37,882 bases of DNA, taken from assembly GCA_023818745.1 (NCBI GenBank), contig JAMWBY010000002.1:1-37882 (forward strand). Direction: 5' to 3'. The notes beneath the pieces are model-generated. The model saw nothing but the letters and a program-made list of their open reading frames with translations, did not search any database and was not told where the DNA came from. Positions 10,187 to 17,834 of the stretch are shown in pieces. How positions within the stretch are numbered: position 1 is the first letter of the stretch; each line of letters starts with the position of its first letter. Source of the stretch: Candidatus Omnitrophota bacterium (GTDB taxonomy: Bacteria > Ratteibacteria > UBA8468 > B48-G9 > JAFGKM01). Made by a program: the position numbers and the translations under genes.

Positions 10187-11346
10187 TTTTTTATCTCCCA
10201 ATAGATTTTTTTCACCTTTTCAATTATTCTTTCATCCGTAATCCCACAAATTTCTTTCAAAACAAAATCAATTCCTTTTTCTTTTATAATATTCTGGATT
10301 TTAATACTTTCTTTGTCTTCGCTATAATTATAACATAAAGCACTTGCAAGGACAAAACATATGCTTTCAGGAAAAATATTAAATCCAAGACATAGATTTA
10401 TAGCACCTATTATCCTTTCTTCTTTGCCTAATTTTCTTAAAGGTTCTCTTCCTACCCTAAAAATCGTATCTTTCAGAAGTTTATTATCAAATCTTTTATT
10501 AAGGTCGGAGAAATATTCTTCAAGTTCATTTTCTTTAAAAGAAAACTTTCTTCTAAGTGCTTGTTTTACTTCATTTTGAACATTTTTTAAAAGATTAAAA
10601 ATTTCCTCATCTTTTATGCATTCCCAAATATATGTATATCCTTTGAGAAATCCAGGATAAGCAAGAGATACATGCGATAAATTATGACCAAAAATTTTAA
10701 GTTCTTCATACTGATGTAAATTGGCGACAGGCAAAAATCCATCTATTTCAGGCAAATTTCCTTTAAATCCATTTTTATCAACAGGTAAAATTTTATATGG
10801 TTCTACCTTAACAAGTAAAGGACTTTCTTTTTTTTCTTCTTCTGTTAATGGAGATGTCATTCTGCTTATAACTGTTTCTACAAATCCAACTCTCTCTTCT
10901 AAATATTTTTTTTCTTCTTCTGAAAAACTTCCTTTCTTCAAAATATCTTCTTTAAATTTTTTACCAGCAGAAAGTAAATTTTCACATATAACTATGTTTA
11001 AAAATCCTTTATCTTTTGCAAACTTTCCCTTTATCCCCTTTGAAATTATTTCCGAAAGTGTAAATAAATTATTTGCTCCAACAGAGGTGAAAATTAAATC
11101 TGTATCCATTATTTCATTTATTACTTCTTTTTCATCTTTGAGGTTTAAGCATTTAAAATTTTCAATAACTTTTTCAACCTTTTTTTCACCAAGAAGACAT
11201 ATTTTATATTTTTTTCTCTGATTAAGAAGATCAACAATTATTTCAGAAACATCAACAAAAATAATAAAATAACCAGAATCAAAACATAATTCTCCAATAA
11301 ATCCCCTTCCAATTTGACCTGCTCCAAAGACAATCGCTTTTTTCAT
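10183..11346 (-). CDS. Mannitol-1-phosphate 5-dehydrogenase family (MtlD-like) polyol dehydrogenase
   Basis: The N-terminus (MKKAIVFGAGQIGRGFIGELCFDSGYFIIFVDV) closely parallels E. coli MtlD (HFGAGNIGRGFIG). 387 aa, the right size for the family. Confidence 0.75.
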   Translation of the reverse strand: MKKAIVFGAGQIGRGFIGELCFDSGYFIIFVDVSEIIVDLLNQRKKYKICLLGEKKVEKVIENFKCLNLKDEKEVINEIMDTDLIFTSVGANNLFTLSEIISKGIKGKFAKDKGFLNIVICENLLSAGKKFKEDILKKGSFSEEEKKYLEERVGFVETVISRMTSPLTEEEKKESPLLVKVEPYKILPVDKNGFKGNLPEIDGFLPVANLHQYEELKIFGHNLSHVSLAYPGFLKGYTYIWECIKDEEIFNLLKNVQNEVKQALRRKFSFKENELEEYFSDLNKRFDNKLLKDTIFRVGREPLRKLGKEERIIGAINLCLGFNIFPESICFVLASALCYNYSEDKESIKIQNIIKEKGIDFVLKEICGITDERIIEKVKKIYWEIKK

Positions 11347-11473
11347 ATCATCAATTTTATCCCATTTTTATAAATTTAAAAAGTAAGTCATTAAAAAATT
11401 GTCTATCAACGTTTTACCAAAAGGTCACCTTGGGTGGAAAAAAGGGAAGAACTTATTGTATAATAATTAATAA

Positions 11474-11545
11474 GGGGCAGTAGCTCAATGGGAGAGCGTC
11501 CGCTTCGCATGCGGAAGGCTGCCGGTTCAAATCCGGTCTGCTCCA
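11474..11545 (+). tRNA. tRNA-Ala (anticodon CGC)
   Basis: Hand-folded cloverleaf: acceptor GGGGCAG/CTGCTCC with the G3:U70 alanine identity pair, D-arm GCTC/GAGC, anticodon arm TCCGC-TTCGCAT-GCGGA, T-arm GCCGG-TTCAAAT-CCGGT, discriminator A. CCA is not encoded. A TATAAT hexamer lies at 11459-11464. Confidence 0.9.
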
Positions 11546-11555
11546 GTTTTGGGAA

Positions 11556-12320
11556 ATGAAAATACTTTTAACAAATGATGATGGAATTTTTTCTGATGGC
11601 TTAAAATGTTTATATAATCAATTGAAAAATATTGGCAAAATTTATGTTATTGTTCCTGAAATAGAAAAAAGTGCAACAAGCCATTCAATAAATCTTTTTT
11701 CTCCTATAAGAATTAAAAAAATTGAAATAAATGGTATAAGTTCTTTTATTGTAAATGGTACACCTGTTGATTGTGTTAAAATTGGTATTAAAAAAATAAT
11801 AAAAGAAAAAATTGATATGGTTGTTTCTGGAATAAATCCAGGTCCAAATCTTGGGATGGATATTTTATATTCAGGGACTGTTTCTGCAGCGAGTGAAGGT
11901 GCAATTTTAGGAATTCCTTCAATTTCAGTTTCAATTGCTGATTATAAAAATTTTAAATTTGATAGTGCATCAATAATAACAGTTAAAATAATTGAAAAAC
12001 TAAAGAAAGTAAAATTTCCAAAAGACACAATTTTAAATATCAATATTCCAAATAAAAATTTAGAAGAGATAAAAGGAATAAAGATAACATTTCAAAGCGA
12101 AAGTAGATTTTCCGAAGAGTATGAAAAAAGAATTGACCCGAGAGGAAATATTTATTTCTGGCTTAAAGGGACCTTTAAAGAAAAAACAAAAGATAAAGGA
12201 AGCGATGTTGAGGCAATAAAAAATGGTTATGTTTCAATTACACCAATTCATCTAAAACTAACAGATTATTCATTCTTTAAAAAACTTAAAAAGATTAAAT
12301 TTGAAAAAATAGAATTTTAA
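11556..12320 (+). CDS. surE: 5'/3'-nucleotidase SurE
   Basis: MKILLTNDDGIFSDGL... and GINPGPNLG..YSGTVSAA are canonical SurE motifs. Confidence 0.93.
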   Translation: MKILLTNDDGIFSDGLKCLYNQLKNIGKIYVIVPEIEKSATSHSINLFSPIRIKKIEINGISSFIVNGTPVDCVKIGIKKIIKEKIDMVVSGINPGPNLGMDILYSGTVSAASEGAILGIPSISVSIADYKNFKFDSASIITVKIIEKLKKVKFPKDTILNINIPNKNLEEIKGIKITFQSESRFSEEYEKRIDPRGNIYFWLKGTFKEKTKDKGSDVEAIKNGYVSITPIHLKLTDYSFFKKLKKIKFEKIEF

Positions 12321-12352
12321 TTGTAAAATTATATTTTTAAGTGGAGGAAAAG

Positions 12353-12487
12353 ATGTCAATAACATATAGACCACATAGATTAAGAAGAAAGAGAAAAATT
12401 GGATTTCTTGCCAGAATGTCGACAAAGAGTGGCAGAAAGATTATAAATAACAGAAGGAAAAAAGGCAGAAAACGACTTGCTGGATGA
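12353..12487 (+). CDS. rpmH: 50S ribosomal protein L34
   Basis: Below the ORF-track size cutoff. Hand translation gives [44 protein letters not shown] (44 aa). GGAGG RBS at 12343-12347. The TGA stop overlaps the rnpA ATG (GGATGA). Confidence 0.93.
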   Translation: MSITYRPHRLRRKRKIGFLARMSTKSGRKIINNRRKKGRKRLAG

Positions 12488-12780
12488 AAAAAAGAATAAG
12501 AGAATTACTGAAAGAAGGCAAAAAATTTGAATCTTTATATTTTAATTTATATGTTAACAAAAGAGAAGACTTGAAAATTGGGTTTATTGTTAATTCAAAA
12601 ATAGGCAACCCTGTAAAAAGAAATAAAGCAAAAAGGATTATAAGAGAAATTATTAGAAAAAATTTCAAAAAAGGTGATTTCTTATTCTTATTAAAAAAAG
12701 AGGCAATAGAAACAGAGAAAGAAAATATTGAAAACTTTTTTGAAAATATAAAAAATGAAATTTCTGCTATTTTTAATTAA
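12484..12780 (+). CDS. rnpA: Ribonuclease P protein component
   Basis: 98 aa, basic, with the KxGNAVxRNKxKRxxRE-like motif ([21 protein letters not shown]). Lies immediately after rpmH. Confidence 0.85.
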   Translation: MKKRIRELLKEGKKFESLYFNLYVNKREDLKIGFIVNSKIGNPVKRNKAKRIIREIIRKNFKKGDFLFLLKKEAIETEKENIENFFENIKNEISAIFN

Positions 12781-12970
12781 GTTTTATAAAATTTTAATTT
12801 CACCTTTGCTTGGAAATAATTGTAGATTTTATCCAAGTTGTTCTGAATTTATGTTTCAAGCAATTGAAAAAACAGGTTTTAAAGGAGTTTTTATTGGATT
12901 AAGAAGGATATTAAGATGTCACCCTTTTAATAAAGGTGGTTATGACCCTGTGGAGAAATGGATAAAATGA
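12755..12970 (+). CDS. yidD: Membrane protein insertion efficiency factor YidD
   Basis: [22 protein letters not shown]...[16 protein letters not shown] is the YidD signature. Confidence 0.9.
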   Translation: MKFLLFLIKFYKILISPLLGNNCRFYPSCSEFMFQAIEKTGFKGVFIGLRRILRCHPFNKGGYDPVEKWIK

Positions 12971-14490
12971 AAGAAGAAACAAGAATTTTTCTTGCTTTTT
13001 TAATTTCAATCATTATAATATTTACATTCAGCAAATATCAAGCATCAAAATATAGACAACTCCAGCCAGTGCAAAATGAACGAAAACAAGTTTCTGAAAC
13101 TTCAGAAATAAAAAAAATATCTTCTGAAAAAACAATACCTATAGGTGAAAAATTTGATTTTGAGAATGAATATTATTATTTAAAATTTGACAAACTTGGT
13201 GGATATATAGATGAAATAGGCCTTAAAAAATTTTTGAGAAAAAATGAGAAATTTTTTCCATTAAACGAAAAAAATGTATTTTTCTTAAATGAGGAATTTA
13301 TTGATAATCAAGAATTTAAATTAGAAATAAAAAAGGATTCTGTTATTCTTACGAAAGAATTTCAAGGTGTAAGTTTATCAAAAGAATATGTAATTCCATC
13401 TAAAGACTATATTTTTTTATACACTGAAAAAATAAAGAATAAACAAAAGGATAGAAAATTTGATAAGTATACTTTGAATATTATGAAGATTGATATGAAA
13501 AATTTAAGTTCTCAGAGAGAATACATTCCCCCGAAAATAATATTGAGTATAAACAAATTACCTGTATTTTTAGACCCTCACAGAATAAAAGAAGAAAAAA
13601 TATACAAAAATTGTAGATGGGTTGGTTTAAACTTAAAATACTCTTTAATTTTTGTATATCTTCCTGAAAAGTCCATAGTTTCCGTTTATCCCGAAGATGG
13701 TTATATAAATATAAAACTTTCAAATGATGATTTTATATTAAAAGAAGGGGAAGAAAAAACAATTACCTTTAAATTTTATGCAGGTCCTTCTGATTATTTT
13801 GTTGCAAGAAATTATATTAAAGAAGACATTTTTGGGAGGGGTTTTTTTGTCACAATAGGAAGATTTCTTTTTTCTGTTTTAAATGTAATACATAACCTTG
13901 TTCCTAACTGGGGATGGGCAATAATAATTTTAACTTTTATAATAAAAATTTTATTCTTCCCTTTAACAAAGAAAAGTTTAAAATCAATGAACCAACTTCA
14001 AAAATTAAGACCATATTTACAGGATATGCAAAAAAAATATAAAGATAATCCACAGCAACTTCAAAAAGAACTTATGAATATTTATAAAGAATATAATATT
14101 AATCCTTTTGCTGGATGCCTTCCAACAATTATTCAAATCCCAATTTTTATTGGTTTTTTCCTCGCTTTAAGAAACTCTATATTTTTAAGAGGGGCACATT
14201 TTATTTTATGGATAAAAGACCTTTCAATGCCTGATACAGTTTTTAAAATTGGCCAATTCCCTGTGAACATATTACCTATTTTAATGACAATAAGTTCATA
14301 TTTTCAACAAAAACTTACTCCAACTACAGACCCAAGCCAAAAATCACTAACTGTTCTTATGCCTCTAATGTTTTTATTTATTCTATACAATTTCCCTTCT
14401 GGGTTATTACTTTACTGGGTTAGTATGAATATAGGTAGTTTAATAGAACAAATTTTAATATCAAGAAAAAAGACATTAAAAAAGATTTAA
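12958..14490 (+). CDS. yidC: Membrane protein insertase YidC, Gram-negative type with a large periplasmic P1 domain
   Basis: 510 aa. N-terminal TM segment, a roughly 300-aa periplasmic region, then the conserved core ([23 protein letters not shown]...[20 protein letters not shown]...[12 protein letters not shown]). Confidence 0.93.
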   Translation: MDKMKEETRIFLAFLISIIIIFTFSKYQASKYRQLQPVQNERKQVSETSEIKKISSEKTIPIGEKFDFENEYYYLKFDKLGGYIDEIGLKKFLRKNEKFFPLNEKNVFFLNEEFIDNQEFKLEIKKDSVILTKEFQGVSLSKEYVIPSKDYIFLYTEKIKNKQKDRKFDKYTLNIMKIDMKNLSSQREYIPPKIILSINKLPVFLDPHRIKEEKIYKNCRWVGLNLKYSLIFVYLPEKSIVSVYPEDGYINIKLSNDDFILKEGEEKTITFKFYAGPSDYFVARNYIKEDIFGRGFFVTIGRFLFSVLNVIHNLVPNWGWAIIILTFIIKILFFPLTKKSLKSMNQLQKLRPYLQDMQKKYKDNPQQLQKELMNIYKEYNINPFAGCLPTIIQIPIFIGFFLALRNSIFLRGAHFILWIKDLSMPDTVFKIGQFPVNILPILMTISSYFQQKLTPTTDPSQKSLTVLMPLMFLFILYNFPSGLLLYWVSMNIGSLIEQILISRKKTLKKI

Positions 14491-14493
14491 CTT

Positions 14494-14973
14494 TTAACAC
14501 TTTTTCTCCAAAGCTAAAGTATAGTGGATAGTATGGGCTATCTCCTTAAAGCCGTTTTTTTCGTAGACCTTCTTAGCAGGTATATCATTGGCAAGAGTGG
14601 ATACCATGGCTATTTTTAATTTTTCCTTACAAAAGAAATCTATTATCCACTTATTCATTGCTGTTTTTATTCCCCTAACCTGATAAGCAACATCTACAGC
14701 ATTATTTTCTACAATCCCAATTTTATCATTATAGTTTATGATATAAGTTGCACAACCAACTACTTTTCCCTCTTCAATTGCAACTATAACATTTGAAGGA
14801 TTATTTTTACAGAAATTTACAACTTCTTCTATTTTTCTTTCATACCATCTTTTATCTCCTATGACTCCATGGCTGTCTTCCAATAATTTGTGCATTGTTA
14901 CTCCATCCCAAGCAATCCGAGTAATTTCTACAATTCTATCTATATCCTCTAATTCCATCTTTCTTTTTTCCAT
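14494..14973 (-). CDS. GNAT-family N-acetyltransferase
   Basis: 159 aa. The acetyl-CoA binding motif region (VDVAYQVRGIKTAMNKWI) and the C-terminal KVYEKNGF are typical of GNAT proteins. Confidence 0.75.
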   Translation of the reverse strand: MEKRKMELEDIDRIVEITRIAWDGVTMHKLLEDSHGVIGDKRWYERKIEEVVNFCKNNPSNVIVAIEEGKVVGCATYIINYNDKIGIVENNAVDVAYQVRGIKTAMNKWIIDFFCKEKLKIAMVSTLANDIPAKKVYEKNGFKEIAHTIHYTLALEKKC

Positions 14974-14994
14974 AATTTCTCCTTTTTTAAAATA

Positions 14995-15870
14995 TTATTT
15001 ACTTCTTGGATGAAATTTATCATAAAGTTCTTTAAGTTTTTCCACTGTTAAATGAGTATAAATTTGAGTAGTTGTTATTCTCTCATGCCCAAGCAATTCC
15101 TGAACCATCCTTAAATCAGCACCTCTATCAAGCAAATGAGTTGCGAATGTATGTCTTAATGTATGAGGAGTAACTTTTTTATTAATACCTGCAATAATTG
15201 CATATTTTTTTATAATTCTTTCAATGCTTCTTTCAGTAAGTCGTTTACCATATTTATTCAAAAATAAAAATTCTTCCTTTTTATTCGGTCTTTTTTCAAT
15301 ATATTCAATAAGACAATTAAGTGCTACCCTTCCAACAGGAATAATTCTTTCTTTTTTCCCCTTCCCTTTAACTTTTATAACCTCATCTAAAAAATTAATA
15401 TCTTTTATTTTTAAATTCGCAAGTTCTCCTACTCTTATCCCTGTTGAATATAAAAGTTCAATAATTGCTTTATCCCTTAAAAATTGCCATTTATTCTGAA
15501 GTGGTATTTGGAGAATTTTTAAAACCTCATTATATGTTAAAAAATTTGGTAGATTTTCAGGTACTTTTGGTGATTGAATTAAAAGGGCTGGATTTCTTGT
15601 AATATATTTTCTTGAAGAAAGAAATTTGTAAAACGATTTTAATGAAGCGACTTTCCTTCCAATTGTTTTTTCTTTAAAGCCAGTTTTTTTTAAATCGCCT
15701 AAAAATTCTATAAAATCTTCATATTCAACTTCTTCAAAGTTCTTAATTTTTTTTCTTTTTAAAAATTCTATAAATTGAAGTATATCTTTTTTGTAACTTT
15801 TTAGGGTATGTTTTGAATAATTTTTTTGATTCTCAAGATAATCAAGAAATTTATTAAGAAGTTGTGTCAT
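14995..15870 (-). CDS. Tyrosine site-specific recombinase, XerC/XerD family
   Basis: Core-binding domain (LDYLENQKNYSKHTLKSYKKDI) and catalytic R..HxxR..Y residues (HTLRHTFATHLL, LGHERITTTQIYTH). I favour the MTQLLNKF start at 15870 over the track start at 15927. Confidence 0.9.
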   Translation of the reverse strand: MTQLLNKFLDYLENQKNYSKHTLKSYKKDILQFIEFLKRKKIKNFEEVEYEDFIEFLGDLKKTGFKEKTIGRKVASLKSFYKFLSSRKYITRNPALLIQSPKVPENLPNFLTYNEVLKILQIPLQNKWQFLRDKAIIELLYSTGIRVGELANLKIKDINFLDEVIKVKGKGKKERIIPVGRVALNCLIEYIEKRPNKKEEFLFLNKYGKRLTERSIERIIKKYAIIAGINKKVTPHTLRHTFATHLLDRGADLRMVQELLGHERITTTQIYTHLTVEKLKELYDKFHPRSK

Positions 15871-16177
15871 TGCCTTCGCATATCTTCTTTGCTTTGTTAT
15901 AAGCATCTGAAATACTATAAATTCCAATTATTATAATTCCTATCAACCCAAAGAAAAATAGACACACCCCCCATATTAAAAAACCTATTGAAACAAGCGC
16001 TTTTAAAAAATAAAAAATAAAAATGGCACCAATTATTAAAATTAAAAGAGAAACACCCGAAAGGAAAATTAAAGTAAGTCCTTTTTTTATCTCTCCATTA
16101 TAAATCTGACCAAGTCCATTAAAAACAAAAGAAAGCAAAGCCGCTATTCTTGGATTTGGTAAATCTTTCTTTTCCAT
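15854..16177 (-). CDS. Small integral membrane protein, TM2-domain-like (GLGQIYNG motif)
   Basis: 107 aa with three hydrophobic spans. AALLSFVFNGLGQIYNGE resembles the TM2/DUF-type small membrane protein motif. Function unknown. Confidence 0.5.
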   Translation of the reverse strand: MEKKDLPNPRIAALLSFVFNGLGQIYNGEIKKGLTLIFLSGVSLLILIIGAIFIFYFLKALVSIGFLIWGVCLFFFGLIGIIIIGIYSISDAYNKAKKICEGNDTTS

Positions 16178-16188
16178 TTTTTAATTTT

Positions 16189-16773
16189 TCAATCAATTTT
16201 ACCTTTTGTAGATGGTAGTTTTTTCCCTTCTATTTTTACTGCTTCTTTTAAAGCAAGTCCAAGACCTTTGAAAACTGCTTCCAATACATGATGTAAATTT
16301 TCTCCATAAACAAGATTTATGTGCAAAGTAAGTCCTAAATGATTTACAAAACCCCTTAAAAACTCTCTTGCATCTTCAATTTCAAAACTCCCTTCCCTTC
16401 CTTTTATGATAGGAACATTAAAAACAAGAAAAGGTCTACCTGAAATATCAAGAGAAACATTAACTAAAACTTCATCCATAGGAGCAGAAGAAAACCCAAA
16501 TCTTTTAATCCCTTTTTTATCTAAAAGTGCCTTATTAATTACAGAACCTAAACATATTCCTATATCTTCAACAGTATGATGTGTATCTACCTCTATATCT
16601 CCCTTTGCCTTTATTTTTAAATCAAACTTTGCAAATTTACTGAATAGTTCCAGCATATGATTTAAAAACCCAACAGGTGTCTCAATATTATAATTTCCCT
16701 TCCCATCAAGATTAATTTCTATTTCAATATCTGTTTCTTTTGTTTTCCTTTTTAAACTTGCTTTTCTTTTCAT
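16189..16773 (-). CDS. hisB: Imidazoleglycerol-phosphate dehydratase
   Basis: RKTKETDIEIEINLDG...DTHHTVEDIGI...HHVLEAVFKGLG are canonical HisB motifs. Confidence 0.95.
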   Translation of the reverse strand: MKRKASLKRKTKETDIEIEINLDGKGNYNIETPVGFLNHMLELFSKFAKFDLKIKAKGDIEVDTHHTVEDIGICLGSVINKALLDKKGIKRFGFSSAPMDEVLVNVSLDISGRPFLVFNVPIIKGREGSFEIEDAREFLRGFVNHLGLTLHINLVYGENLHHVLEAVFKGLGLALKEAVKIEGKKLPSTKGKID

Positions 16774-16817
16774 ATAAGATATTTTATCACTTTTAAAAAA
16801 TATCCAAAAATTTATTT

Positions 16818-17403
16818 CTAAGTATAATCCTTTAATATCCCTGTTTTTGTTTCATGCCATTCTATTAATTGAGAAAGTAAAACTCTATCTTTAATGTAAA
16901 CTCTTCCTGCAATATAAATTTCATTTTTAAATTTAAAAATATGTGAAACAATATAGTTTAAAACATATCTGCCCCATTCTTTACAAGGTGGTCTGGAATT
17001 TGCAAAACAGGTAGTAGAAAATGTGATCTTCTTATTATTGCGTAATATAAACCATCCCCTTCAAAAATAAGTCACCTTAATTTGCATATTCACCTTTAAC
17101 TATTTGAGAGATTTCTTTAAAATTTATTCCATCTTCAGAATAACTTATATAAATATAAATCAATTTCAAAACGAGCACTAACAATATCTTTAAATTTAAA
17201 AAATTTAAGGTCTCTACTGTCAGGAAGGCCATGAAATTTTTTTATTAAATCCCATCTTTTAGGCCTTTTGAACCAATAACATAGATTTCGCTCTTGCCTT
17301 CAACTGCATGTTTTGTTGCATGTCTAAATGTTATAAAAAATATATCTTTGTGTCTAATTATATCTTTATGATATCCATCCCACCATACAGATTGTATTTC
17401 CAT
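16818..17403 (-). pseudogene. Multiply frameshifted remnant of an unknown protein-coding gene
   Basis: Hand translation from ATG 17403 gives MEIQSVWWDGYHKDIIRHKDIFFITFRHATKHAVEGKSEIYVIGSKGLKDGI, then a stop. Protein-like sequence continues in other frames: DLIKKFHGLPDSRDLKFFKFKDIVSARFEIDLYLYKLF, then YSEDGINFKEISQIVKGEYAN, then DGLYYAIIRRSHFLLPVLQIPDHLVKNGADMF, then KEWGRYVLNYIVSHIFKFKNEIYIAGRVYIKDRVLLSQLIEWHETKTGILKDYT. Family not recognised (SEDGINF is Asp-box-like). Confidence 0.35.
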
Positions 17404-17484
17404 TTCGGTATTATTTTAAAACAATTGAATTATATTTAAAGTTCCAAGATAAGAAATTTTAGTTTATATTTCATTGTGATTTTG

Positions 17485-17834
17485 TATGGAGAACCGATAA
17501 GATATAATAGAGTGAATAATAAACTTGAGCCACTTGATTTAAATCTTGGAATAATTATTTTAAAAAATGGAAACGAAAAAATATATATTACAAATTATGC
17601 CTAGCATCCTGTAACACTTGGAATAAATAAAAAAAGAAAAGATAAAAACTGGGGAAAATTTATAAAAAACTGGCAGGATTACCTGGAGAGGTATTCTGTG
17701 AGATTGGCTTAAAATTAAGAAAGAAATATGGAGATTTATTTCTATTTGGATATGGTAATGGAGATATTGGATATATACCGACAAAAAAGCACATAAAAAA
17801 GAAATCAAAAAGAATTAAAATAAAAAATTTTTAA
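17485..17834 (+). pseudogene. C-terminal remnant of a neutral-ceramidase-like hydrolase, with an in-frame TAG and one frameshift
   Basis: Hand translation gives YGEPIRYNRVNNKLEPLDLNLGIIILKNGNEKIYITNYA-TAG-HPVTLGINKKRKDKNWGKFIKN. After a frame change near 17670 it continues LAGLPGEVFCEIGLKLRKKYGDLFLFGYGNGDIGYIPTKKHIKKK... This resembles the N(F/Y)ACHP, LPGEPF.E.GL and GY.NG..GYIPT blocks of bacterial ceramidase-like proteins. The N-terminal two thirds are absent. Confidence 0.45.

Noticed and set aside
10721-11221. 166-aa ORF on the + strand, and many similar track ORFs (for example 1211-1549, 2488-2763, 6632-6940, 15224-15499, 21715-22071, 24425-24718, 24937-25395, 25573-25896, 30938-31270, 33944-34264).
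   Set aside because: All lie antisense to well-supported genes. Their translations are low-complexity Ser/Phe/Leu/Pro/Ile strings, the mirror image of K/E/N-rich coding sequence in an AT-rich genome. None has an RBS or recognisable motifs.
12441-12668. 75-aa minus-strand ORF overlapping rpmH/rnpA.
   Set aside because: It is antisense to two highly conserved genes. The hydrophobic product is an artefact of the Lys-rich sense strand.
14995-15870. Tyrosine recombinase, considered as a marker of an integrated mobile element (tRNA-Ala lies 3.5 kb away).
   Set aside because: The sequence is typical of chromosomal XerC/XerD (LGHERITTTQIYTH). The flanking genes are housekeeping (yidC, GNAT, hisB). 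I saw no direct repeats of the tRNA 3' end or phage/plasmid genes.
17596-17598. In-frame TAG at the position of a conserved Cys in the ceramidase-like fragment, considered as possible stop-codon recoding.
   Set aside because: The same fragment also carries a frameshift and lacks its N-terminal two thirds. The other genes in the window terminate normally under the standard code (mainly TAA, with TGA in a few). Decay is the simpler explanation.
17560-17808. 82-aa minus-strand ORF in the non-coding patch.
   Set aside because: It lies antisense to the ceramidase-like remnant, whose plus-strand translation has recognisable family motifs. The 82-aa product is hydrophobic and low-complexity, with no RBS.
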